Of a DNA stretch of 64,000 bases, positions 38,382 to 49,766 are shown one piece after another. The position numbers were made by a program, and so were the translations under genes. The stretch is from Psilocybe cubensis (Eukaryota), in NCBI GenBank assembly GCA_017499595.2, contig CM039004.1:1612001-1676000 (forward strand). Direction: 5' to 3'. The notes below the pieces were generated by a model. The model was not told the origin of the DNA and made no database searches. It worked only from the letters and a program-made list of their open reading frames with translations. Position 1 is the stretch's first letter; the number at the start of each line of letters is the position of its first letter.

Positions 38382-38395
38382 TTCTTACGTAAGAA
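38382..38395. promoter_or_regulatory. 14-bp perfect palindrome containing TTACGTAA upstream of the ZAP1-like TATA box
   Basis: TTCTTACGTAAGAA; TATAAAA on the minus strand near 38339-38345. Confidence 0.35.
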
Positions 38396-38460
38396 GCCAT
38401 TTTTAATTTTATCTTATCCGTGTGCAAAGTACATTATGATACACATGTTGCTGACGAGCG

Positions 38461-40076
38461 CTAATCGGAGTCAAAGCCTAGTTCGTTTCCTCCAAATTCA
38501 ACCGCATGAATAACAATCTCATCAGCCACCATGAATTCTTCATCTTCTTCACCCGATTTTGGCAGATGTTCCTCGGGTTCATCATTGGCGGGACCTAAAA
38601 AATCCAAACATCCCTGAAGGCACCCTCTCCACAGGACCGCAGCTGTACCCCCAAGTTTGATACCTGCGATTTCCTTCAACCACGAGTAACGCTCTTCTGA
38701 ATGTTGCACAAAGGTAGACTGAGTATGCGATGGGTTCCTACACCGTCCTATTCCAGTCACGCTAGTTATGTCATCTTCTCCCCTACCCTCGGCGATTGCG
38801 TCATCCACAGCGACAGACCCGGGGACACAGACTGAGAGTATGCGACTTAAAGGTGTAGAAATCGTTCTCCATGGAGGTCCCTGCGGGAGTGGAAGCGGGT
38901 AAAGTTGCTCTAGAACTGTTTGAGGAGCTTGAGATGCAACTGTCAACGAAGCCTTCGGAGAGGAAAGCAGAAATCGCAAGGCAATTTCTGTCAGTGGAGG
39001 AACACGGGAACCTGTATGCCTTGTCCGCGACACAGATAATTTTAGGTCATTTGGGCGTGGATCCGGAATGAATGGATTGGGGAACAAAATAAGGGATGTC
39101 AATGATTTCATGTCGAGAAGTTCTGCAGGAACATATTGAAGCTTATTGTAAGCGACATTAAGAGATTGAAGGTTTGTTAGCTGGGAGATTCCAGGTGGGA
39201 GGTGACTGATATTATTGTTGCCTACGTCACTTGGGTTAAGACACAGTAGATTTACCCATGGAAACGGACTTACGAAGAGATAGAACGGTTAGATTGTGCA
39301 ATGTCCACATTTCTGCCGGCAGTTTCTTGATATTGTTTTGACCTAGGTACATTGTCATAGCTTGTTTAGAAGGTCCCAGCAGGGAACTACTGGAAAGCGT
39401 TTTCTCTGAAGAAGGAGGGTTCATTGCTGATGCTGCGAATGTGGATGCAGGAGCTGTGTGAATCCGGGTGAAGACTCGTCGTCCGGGAACGATTTGCGTC
39501 ACTTTTGACGAAAAGCTGTTTCGTAGGTCGTCAACTGGGGATATATCTTCCTCTGAAAGAACCACCATCTTGCTCAAGTCTTTAATGATTCTCGGAGGAA
39601 TTTTAGTAAGATGTAGTCCCCTATGCTGCATGGATCAGGGTGGCGTACAAAAAATGTCAAAACGAGTACCTAAGCTCAATTTCCCTTTCCCCTGTTTCAA
39701 AAGCTTTTTCGATAGCATTTTCCCAAAGAATCTCTTCACGACTTGAAGTTGGTTCGATGGTCGGTAGCTGGACAAGGGCAATCTCGGGAAACGACGCTTT
39801 GCGCTCTAGTCGAGGCTTTTTCTTGGGTGTGCTAGGTTCAAAAAATGACAAACGCTTAGAGTTGACGCGCCCTGCATTGTATGAAGCTGCCAAAGGATCC
39901 GCGACAACTTGTGGGCGTGTTTGACGCGTCGAGTGTTCTTCCTGAGTATCTTCATCGAGATACAAGGGGTCTGTGGAGGGGGAGGAAGGAGGAGAAGATG
40001 AATTTGCAGGCCAGCTGGGTGAGGGCGACGGGGGAGAGGACGGGGGTGTGTATGTAGCAGAGAAACCCGGCAGCAT
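38461..40076 (-). CDS. Leucine-rich repeat protein with BC-box-like motif and Cys/His C-terminal domain; 3 exons
   Basis: S/P-rich N-terminus; LRRs LGQNNIKKLPAEMWTLHNLTVLSL|RNNNISHLPPGISQLTNLQSLNVAYNKLQYVPAELLDMKSLTSLILFPNPF; then VPPLTEIALRFL, CRNPSH and GCLQGC. Confidence 0.85.
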
Positions 40077-40310
40077 GGAGAAAGAAGGAAGAGAGGACGC
40101 ACAAGGCAAAGCCTAATAAGTAGGATTGCCCAATCCTCACGTAAACTGTCAGCTCGGACGCCCTAGTAAACGATCTCATAACGGTCACGTGTACATAAAT
40201 AGGGGGAATTTGAATATTGTACACCTGTCATGCCAATAGAGGTCACTTCGAAAGAAAAAGCTGAAAAGAATTTGTCAAGACATATAGTAGGTATTTTTAC
40301 ACAAAGGCTA

Positions 40311-41318
40311 TTAAGACGTCGCTTCCGTAGAAGGTGCAGTCTGCGAAGATGGTGGAAGTGGATGGCCAAGAGCCTTTCCTCTAACCGCTTCGAACGTAAC
40401 AGACTGTCCATCCCGACGAAGCGCTTGAATTCCTTCAGCAAAGGCCCCAATTGCACTTTCTCTCGCATTTCTTCGTTCTGCCACCATGCGAAGTATGTGT
40501 TTCCTCTTCGTCGCAGATGCCGGATTAAGTTTCCAAGAAAATTTGCCCTGACCCTTGGTCATTCGCATTAATTCTTCCTTTTGCAAAGAACGTGTGTGCT
40601 TGATGCTGAAGTTTTTCTCAATATACTTTTCTCGTTCCTCCCTCTCCTGTTGGGGCATATCCTCAAGTCTGTGTGGGTAGTAGAAAGGGTCGACCAATCC
40701 AACGACCGCTCGTTTGTAGGTCTTGAACGGTTTTCGTTCGTAGCCATCCATTGTACGGTGCCATGGAGAGATGTAATTATCAGTACGAATGTATGTTGTT
40801 TTGACGCCGTAAACGGCAAGGAGGAGGGACCGCAGATCAGTTTTGGTGACAGACTGTGGAATACGGAAGGTTGCTTCGTAGGGATTGTACGGCTGTCCAG
40901 GTTGTGTGTGATTTCGAACAAGCCTTAGAACGATATTTGGCAGATAGACTTTCTGGCCAAGAACCTCTGTTTCCTCTGCGCCTTCGACAACCTTGCGGCG
41001 AATACCGCGAATTCGGGACCTGCGGCTATTGACATTGTCCAACCATTCTTTTGCCGTAGGAGTTGTGCCACTTTTAGTCTCGAGAAGACCCTGCGCTTTC
41101 AGACGTGTATATCTTGCTTGCTCGGTAGGGGTAAGGCCATCTTCTGTCGCATCTGTATCGCCCACGGCAGTTGCTCCGAACTGCTTTCGTCTACGTAGAC
41201 GAACAGCAAGAGGGGTGGACGCCGTTCTGGCAATATTGGCTAATTCCGGCAGTGGTGGTTGAGTAGCATATGTCCGTTGGAACCCTGGACACCGTCGGAA
41301 GACCCGTAGCTTGAGCAT
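40311..41318 (-). CDS. MRP20: Mitochondrial ribosomal protein uL23m, intronless
   Basis: Presequence MLKLRVFRRC..RTYAT; GQKVYLPN, ATFRIPQSVTKTDLRSLL..YGV, TYKRAVVGL..PFYYP. Confidence 0.88.
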   Translation of the reverse strand: MLKLRVFRRCPGFQRTYATQPPLPELANIARTASTPLAVRLRRRKQFGATAVGDTDATEDGLTPTEQARYTRLKAQGLLETKSGTTPTAKEWLDNVNSRRSRIRGIRRKVVEGAEETEVLGQKVYLPNIVLRLVRNHTQPGQPYNPYEATFRIPQSVTKTDLRSLLLAVYGVKTTYIRTDNYISPWHRTMDGYERKPFKTYKRAVVGLVDPFYYPHRLEDMPQQEREEREKYIEKNFSIKHTRSLQKEELMRMTKGQGKFSWKLNPASATKRKHILRMVAERRNARESAIGAFAEGIQALRRDGQSVTFEAVRGKALGHPLPPSSQTAPSTEATS

Positions 41319-41550
41319 AGTACCAGGAGTTGGTATTGGACGAAGCGTCGCCAGCCGGGAAATTTCTGAAAAGTATGTAGTCACATGACCAGTCTGAACA
41401 GTGAACGAGTTGAGCCGCCAATGACGACCGTGGCCACGTTCGAACAACCCAATCATCTTTACACCATCTTTCTTGACGTTACACGTTATCAATATCTAAA
41501 CTCTCTGGCTGTCTATTGGAACCTCTTCCTTGGCCTTTGGCTAACGGAGC

Positions 41551-44034
41551 ATGATGGTTTCCTTTTCCTGCTTCAAGTTCTTTAGGGGCATACGGTCGAT
41601 GTGTGCTCCGATAGTCACTGTCATCGGTTTCTCCTTGATGCTCACATACATTTTCATTCTCTACCAACCAACTCGAGGTCCCGGGATCAAACAAAGAATG
41701 GGGTGGCAATCTTGGGACGTCGTAACAATAACAGACCAGTCAACTCCGTCTGAAGTACCCACTAAACCAAGTATTGGCGGCGACCTGGAGACGTCCGTTG
41801 ACTGGTGGAATGTTACTAAACCAGAGGAAAAGGTCGATTTCTCCAGTCTTCCCTTGGACACATGGTCGCCTACTTTGCCCCATGACACTGGCTGTTAGTA
41901 TGTCTCTCCAGAATTTGACCCCGTTTGCATACTCACCGTATACCAGTATCTGAGATAGCCGTTACTCGTTGCGTTATCAACCCGGAGGTGGGAGGAGATC
42001 TTTGTGCACCAGACACCACCAGTGAGCAAGACGCCATTAAAGGCAAATGGGTCCGAGTTCCTCGTAATCTCAACCTCGAAGCTGGCTATCTCTCTGGGTG
42101 GCTCGTATGTATTTGTTGTATTCATTCATTCACTAGAAATGCTGAAACCATGGTAGAACATCTACTACCGTCGAACAAGGCGACAGGATATCAACTTGAT
42201 CACCGAAATTCGATTATATCCCCAAAACGAGCAACCCCCAACCTTGGATGGTTGGCACAAAGCGCAAACATCTTTGAGAGCAGGAATACGAGGACTTCCT
42301 CCACTTTTCCTATGGTACAAGACTGGGAAAACATCCGGCGATATGTCCCCTGAAGAAAAGATGAACATAATTACAGAGCTTGATGTGCTGTATGGAGAAG
42401 ACACCCCATGGTACGGCTTCGAAAAGCTGGATCCACCTACTATTGCACAGCAGAGTAAAGTCGAGGCGACCTGGATAACATACAGACGAGGCGTGAAAAG
42501 TAGGCCTGCGATCAAACAGTTTGTTCATTTTGACTTACTTCGATCTACAGTTCCTCCTCGTGCTCCGCCTTTGCACTTTTCCCACTCTGGGAAGTTCAAA
42601 GTGCTTCAGGTTGCAGACCTTCATTTCTCTGTTTCTCAGGGATTCTGTCGAGACACAATACTATCGCCCTGTGAACACTCCGATAACCTAACGAACACGT
42701 TGATATCTCATGTTATTGATCAAGAGAAGCCCGATTTGATTGTCTTCACGGGTGATCAGCTGAACGGCCAAGGATCTTCATGGGATCCGAAATCTGTCCT
42801 TGCCAAATTTTCCAAAGCAGTCACTGCAAAAGGCGTGCCGTGGGCAGCTGTCTTCGGCAACCACGATGAAGAAGATGGAATGGCTAAGGAACAACAAGTC
42901 ACGTTAATGAAGTCACTGCCATATAGTCTTGTTGAAAGAGGTCCAAAGGATGTGCACGGTGTTGGAAATTATGTGTTGAAAGTATTCAGCCCTGATCCGT
43001 GAGCCACCTGTCTTATATTTGTTTTATATAATAACTTTTGTCCACAGATCCAAAACGCATACTCTTACTCTATACTTCTTAGATTCCGGCTCGTACTCGA
43101 AAGGCGTCCTCGATTGGTTTGGCTTTTTCAAACCAACCGAATATGACTGGATACGTCAAAACCAAATTGACTGGTTCCTTCAAGAATCAGGTATAGACTT
43201 ACATTCTATTTCTTTAATTATAATTTACAGATGTCTCCAAAGCATCGATACGTCAGATCGAACGACCTTTTACTCCGGATACTGGTAAGGATTTGGGATC
43301 TGTTTGGGGTAGACAAGACGATCAGGTCATTCCTGGTACTCGAAGACTCGCAAAACCAAATGCGTTGATGTTTTTCCATATGCCTTTGTACGTGGTACTC
43401 TGCGACTATGTCTAGAATGTGATTAACTATTGTACTTTAGACCCGAGACGTACCTCAAGGCAGACATAAACCCCAACACAGGAAAAGCTCTCGATGTGGG
43501 TGTGAGTGGCCAAGAGCCACCAGGAAATGCAAAGAGCAACGACGGATTCTTCGAAAAGGGAATTTTGAAGGCTATGGAAAGTAACCATGTGTCTAACCGA
43601 AACGCTCTCGAGGTTAAAGCCATCGGAAACGGACACTGTCATAGTACGTATTGCAGCATGTTTCTGCTATCCACGTTGCTGATGCGGCTTATCGATTATA
43701 GTCACTGAAAACTGCCGACGTGTCAAAGGTGTCTGGTTTTGCTTTGGAGGCGGTGGGTGAGTGTAAATCAATATGATATTCAGTGAATCTCTCCAACCTC
43801 GCGAATTTCAGATCCTACTCCGGCTACGGCAAGATTGGGTAGGCTCAATCCTTTCATACCAAATTTAAATAGCGATTAACTCTGTTTTTTTGCTCTAGTT
43901 TTGACAGACGATTTAGAATTTATGATGTTTCCGATTTTGGAGAGACAATCAAAACCTATAAGCGTACGGAGAAAGATGAGATCATTGACGAGATGATTCT
44001 TACCGGGAAAGGAGCCCCTCCTCTGCCTTCATAG
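41551..44034 (+). CDS. DCR2: Dcr2-like calcineurin-type metallophosphoesterase with N-terminal membrane anchor
   Basis: FKVLQVADLH, VFTGDQL, FGNHD, YFLDS, FFHMP, GNGHCH, GGG|SYSGYG and RRFRIYD. Confidence 0.88.
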
Positions 44035-44334
44035 CTCAAAGCTAGTGCGATGTATATTATTTACCTGTAGGATATAATATCAGTGGAACATATTTACTAC
44101 TTCTTCAAACATCGTCCAGGTATCTTTTAATATCAGAATTGTACAGCAAATGAAGTTTGTTCTGAGGGAACTTTATCCTGTAGAGTCTATTTTTGGAGTG
44201 CACGCCTACGAATTGTAAAAGATTCTCACGGCTTGTGATACTCGAATCGAACAGGGGACCCTTCCATTAACGTCCTACATATAGCCTCTCTATCGTCCCT
44301 CTTCGCCTTCCCCCCTCTAGGCGCGCCGCTCATT

Positions 44335-47300
44335 ATGTCTAGGTCGTCGCAAACAAATGGCCATCCTTCTCGCCGTGACAATCATTCAATATCCTCCACC
44401 ACTTCAGGATCTGGCCGCAATGAACGAGGGTCTCGCCATCCAACTTCGGTAGGGGACTCATTAGCTTATTCAAGTACAGGAAGCACTAATAACAACGGTC
44501 ACAAAGCCTGCTGTTGAAACAGCTGTAACTCGTCTTTTAGTATCGATAAAGCAGCTTTTGGAAGCATTAACATTATGGAGCCAACTTAGGATGGATGAAG
44601 AGGGCGTAAGCAATGTTTACGTGCGGTTGGGCAACGATTTCAATTCGGCTGTAGCTGCGTTTGGCTCATTTAACATTGAAATGAAGTGGGTTTGTTGTGG
44701 ATCGCTGTCATATTTGTATACTCATCGTTTTCGAAAGCGAATTGCTCTCAGTTCCTGATGACCTACGAACGGTGTTAGAACAATGCCTTGCAGAGGATGC
44801 CACTCCAGAAAACCTTGAACTCTACCTCCCAAGTGTCCGTCAAATTATCACAAATCTTCTTCAAGGTCTTCGTGGCAAACAATCGATATACCGCAGAATC
44901 GTCTCGGATCAGCGTGATAGGACAAGCGGTGCAGATCATGACCGCACAGAGAGTCGATCTTCGCGCTCTTCACGACGCGAAGGTGCCCATCGCTCCCATG
45001 GATCTCGCCAAATCACGGAAGAGGAGAGAGGAGACGCAGAAACCGCTTCGCGCAGAAGTGGACAATCATCCAACCGGAGGAGAGACGCTGCATCTCAAGG
45101 CGCTCTATCACAGCAAAACACTGGCAACAGCGATTTTGTAGGCGGATTTGCTCCTTCCATTGCCGAGCACCCTGTGGATAGAATGGAAGAAGTATCCGAA
45201 ACCCCAGCGAGCGAGTACATTAACGCTCAACGGCGGTCAGAAAGTAGATCCGCGCCATCACCTATCCCTAGTGCTCCTACATCTTCCTCATCAACCCTGA
45301 CTTCTTCCTCCAATGATAAACCTCAGAATAGTGATAGATTCAGTGAACCGCCTCAGAATCCTCCAATTTCTCCGCCCCCACAGCAAGCGGCCGTCCCTGC
45401 CAGCGTGAAACGCTACTCCCTCGTTGATAAGCCCGTCGACAAGCCTGTTAACACAGCACCCAACGTTGTTGTTGAACCCTCAAGTCCCCCTCTAGACCAA
45501 GATGAAACTATTTCACCCCCACCACCAGAGACACCACCAATCGACCCTCCACCGGCCGTCGCAAAGTCATTAGCAGCCTTGAAATCCGATGTTCATCTGG
45601 AAAGACGGGCTTCAAAAAGATTTTCTATTTACAATATTACCAAGATGACGGGCGCCTCAACGACTCGAGAAAGGTCAATAAGGAGCGCCGCAAATCACCC
45701 TAATCGGCGATCGGCTGCCACTGGAAATTTGACCCTGAACGATCTCGCCGTATTAACTGAAGTGGATGATGAGGAACCAGGTGCCTCAGGAAAATCAGAA
45801 AATAATGTAAACAGGAAACCTTCTCGGTCGAACACTCCAGTTCCGGCAGTTCCTCCTCTGCCTTCCACTCCTTCACGGTCACCAGAACCTACTGCGGTCG
45901 TTGCCGATAGCAGTTCTGGCCAAAATATACCCCCTTCAGATCCTTCCAAAATCACCATTTTCCTCCAACTAGGGCGCGAAGTCAAGAAAGTAGTCATCGA
46001 TCAAGCTATCTCTTTTGCATCACTAAGAGTATTGTTTGTGGACAAATTTTCTTACAATCCCGGACTTGACAACTTCCCTGCTATCTATATTCGTGATCCA
46101 TCCAGCGGTGTGCAGTATGAGCTCGAGGATACAGATGATGTTAAGGAGAAATGTCTCATCTCTCTTAATATTGAACGTGCGTGAGCTACTCAGTTTGTGA
46201 AATTGACGGGAACGATTAAATTGTTTTTTACAGCTCTCGACCAAATCAAGCAGCACATCGATGCACAAATCTCAAGTTTGTCGCACGACATAAAGGAGCT
46301 GAGATCAGCTGTGGCGGCGAATAGCAATAGACAATCGGCGCATCTGAACGATATCATTTTGCAGCCTATGGCGGAGAGCACTCCTGCTCCCAATAGACCC
46401 AGCGACCGACAGTTCCAGCATATTGCCCGTCGCCTTTCGAGGTTCATGGGAGACACACCACCGTCTTTCATGAGCCAAATGCAGACCCCTCCATTGCCAA
46501 ATTCCATTCAGCCTATGCAATCCCAGATGACAGGCCAGTCATTGCAGCCACAGATGACTGGAGGATCAGTGTTATCTGAGTACACAAGCCGAGTGGTCAC
46601 TGACCTCAAAACCCAATTTGACGAAGTCCAAAATCTGCGTCGTGACCTCGGCATTATGCGTCAACTCTATACCGAGTTCATGAAGTCTACCAAGGAATCA
46701 CTCAATACCCTTCGTACACAAACACAATCGGTGAAGCAGCTTGCTAACACCAATGTCGGGGGCGCTCGGGCGTATATCGATTCTGGGAAGAGGAAACTCG
46801 ACACTCGCAGTCAAAATGTTCTGACTGAGGTGGAAAGGTTGCAGGATATCATCGAGGGTATGAAAGACGATGTTATCAAGCGACATGTCACACCCAACAC
46901 GGTCTTTTTCCGTAACATCAAGAAAGATATGGATAATGTTTCTGCTGAGCTCGCGAGCTTATCAGAACATATTAATACTGTCAAGCCTATGTGGAAAAAG
47001 ACCTGGGAAGAAGAACTCCAGAACATTGTTGAAGAGCAGCAATTTTTGACTCATCAAGAGGAATTCTTGAGTGACTTACAGGAGGATTACAAGGCCATGA
47101 TGGAAATCTATGGCCACGTCGAGAAGGTCATTACTCTGCGGAAACCTAACGGTCCTCTGAGCGGAAAACTTCGCAATCGAAGCTTTAAGCCAGCTCCCCG
47201 AGACGAAGGCGACGGCTTGAGCAACGTTATGCTCGAGATCAGGACAGCCGCAGTGGACCCAGACAAGCGGTTAAAGGCGATCGAAGCCAGCCAAAGGAAC

Positions 47301-47516
47301 AGGGAGAAAAATCTGGCCGCTCGCTCTGATGAATTGCAAATGGAATTGCAAGACTTCGTGAGCCAGAAAAAGCTAAAAATGACCGGGGGCGCAGAGGAGG
47401 TCGAACGCGTACGGCAAAAGCGTAGTGAGATGACATTGAAGGCAATGTTCACTGGCGGCAGCTCCAGGGGAGACGGGAGCTTGTCACCGTCATTTGGGGT
47501 TGTAGAGTCACCTTAG
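44335..47516 (+). CDS. BUD6: Bud site selection protein 6 / actin-interacting protein 3
   Basis: VETAVTRLLVSIKQLLEALTLW, VSNVYVRLG, LERRASKRFS, IFLQLGREVKK, IYIRDPSSGVQYELED, KPMWKKTWEEELQNIVEEQQFL, LKMTGGAEEVER. Confidence 0.93.
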
Positions 47517-49766
47517 TTTAAACTATTTTTTTTCGTTCATCCATTGTTTGGACCCTTTATGCTTTATTAATATGCATTTGAACCAGTTCGTGGTGTTCTC
47601 GTATCCCGGTATCATTTATGTATATTTGCGAACTGCCACTATTCAGATTATAGCTAGAGTCGATTAATTGCAATCCATGAACAAGGGTTGAAAAGCAATG
47701 TCTGCTTTGAGGTATCGGTTGCGTTTTTAGTGTAAATACAGAGGTAAATTGCACATTTAATGGCTGACCCTGTTGAATATTATGCTGTCGTGGTGCATGA
47801 TACTAAATGCTAGCATCATCTTTGGCTTTGCCCTTCGGAGGATGAGAGCTCTTTTTTGTTACCAACGATCGAAACGATCGGCCAGTTCCAAATTTGCTGG
47901 AAACCTTCAGAGAATTTGCTCGAATCCTTAGATAACACACCAATGGTTATGAATACAGTGCAATGATCATTTCGCAAGGAAACATTGCATACCTAGGTTT
48001 TTCAGGACTAGGTGTTGGTTGTTCGGTGGACTCCCCAGGAAGACGTACGCGCTTCGGAGTCAGGAACAGATACGAAAGATTGAAAGGCAGGAATTTGGTC
48101 ATAGGATTGTTGTCGCTGTTGTGAATTAACGAGATCTTCCACTAAGCCGTAGTATGCGGAAAACGGTCTTTGGGAAAACCCCACTGCTTGGTGAACCCGA
48201 CTTTTTTAAAAAGAAAGAATCGTGCCACTCGTTGATTGCCTGGAAAGGTCAGTGCAAGGGCCTCAAAAAGAAATGAATGCCACGGGTTTCGAAGCAAATG
48301 GAAACGTTATTGTGCTGAACGAGGCTAATAGACAAACAGCAACGGCACCCACGACAACGATTGATTTTGTCCGAGGACGTGACCTAAAAGCTCAACACAG
48401 GCCGAATGATCATCTTTGGTGGCCGTTGGGAAAAAGCAAGGAACAAACGGGAACGGATTACGTCCTCCAATGTTGCGACTCCAGATCTGTGTGTGATGGT
48501 AGAAGACAAGTTATCCAAGTGTCGAGTTGGTCAATTGGTGAATCTTCATTTGTGATGTCACGATAATTCTTGCCTTTATAAGCCCGCCCCATCTCAACCC
48601 CATCTTCTTGTCAAGTCTGCGCATGTTCAGCGTCCATGGCCCAAATTTTCACCGACAAATAGTCAAATGATTCCATCGTGTACAAATATGTTACCATGTC
48701 GCATGGAATTACTCCATTTTCCCCTAACAAATCAAACTGAAAGAACGTCATCATAGATGAAGTCATTTTTTACTCTGTCCTGCCCTCTGGAAATTACAGT
48801 TTATAATGCTGCAAGTATCCCCTATCTTACTACACTATCACTTGTAACTGCACCGTCATTGTGCACTACATATAACCCCTAGATTGTGCTCTGGAACTTG
48901 CTTCAACAAGTTGATCATCGAGCGCCATACTGAATCGTCATGAACTTGCAAAGATTAGTCGATATGCCTGTGCGGAACGCTTCGGTAAGTATCCGCGACG
49001 AGCTAAAAGATGTTTCCTTTTTATCTGATCGTCTTTACAGAATGATCAGGAACGACAGACGTCTTCTTTGAGAAGCGGCATTCAACTCCAGCCTCAGACA
49101 TCCATGTCTCCAAATCAAGATTACAGGCCTCGAATCCGCACTCTCCGTACGTCCTTTCCATTGTCCCTAGAGAGCAACGGCCGACCGTCCTCTTGCGGTG
49201 CATGATAGAATCAACGCAGGATATTATGCAACACAAATGCACCATGTTAGTTGGAGCCGTTTTAAATTATTGCTGAATTGAAGTTTTCTGACTAGGTTGT
49301 TGCTTGACAGTGAGCGGATCGCAAACGCTTTTGCTTGAACAAAGCTAGCCACTCCTAAAAACCAAAATAGAGCTCCGGGTCTGAGCTTCCGACTTCTTTG
49401 TGTCCGTTCGTCGTATTATTTGTATTTGTAGGAGTGAATGGGTCGTTTTCTCAACTTACGACTCCCAGTAAATGAATATCCAACTAATTAGAGTATCACA
49501 GTATATACAACATGGAATATTATCTTACCTTATACCTTTCGTTAGCTTGATATTGCAGACACACACACAGATATGATGCTTCGAATTCCGTATTTATTTT
49601 AATTTGCTTAATGTGCTAAATGCACGTAAAGAATGATTGTGGCGTTACAGTATGAGTATGCAGGAATATGCGTGAGTGAGTAAAAGAAAGAAAAGAATAA
49701 ATTATTCCAAAGTGAAAAAATCAACAACCCTCTCTGAAGGTCATGATGGCCCAGAATGTCAGTGAC

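Noticed and set aside
41319-41492. Upstream in-frame extension of MRP20 in the ORF track
   Set aside because: Starts at a non-ATG codon in the shared promoter; ATG 41318 already begins a typical presequence.
48222-48566. 114-aa ORF in the large intergenic gap; also 34684-35241 and 25368-25691 on the minus strand
   Set aside because: No recognisable domain, codon bias or splice support.
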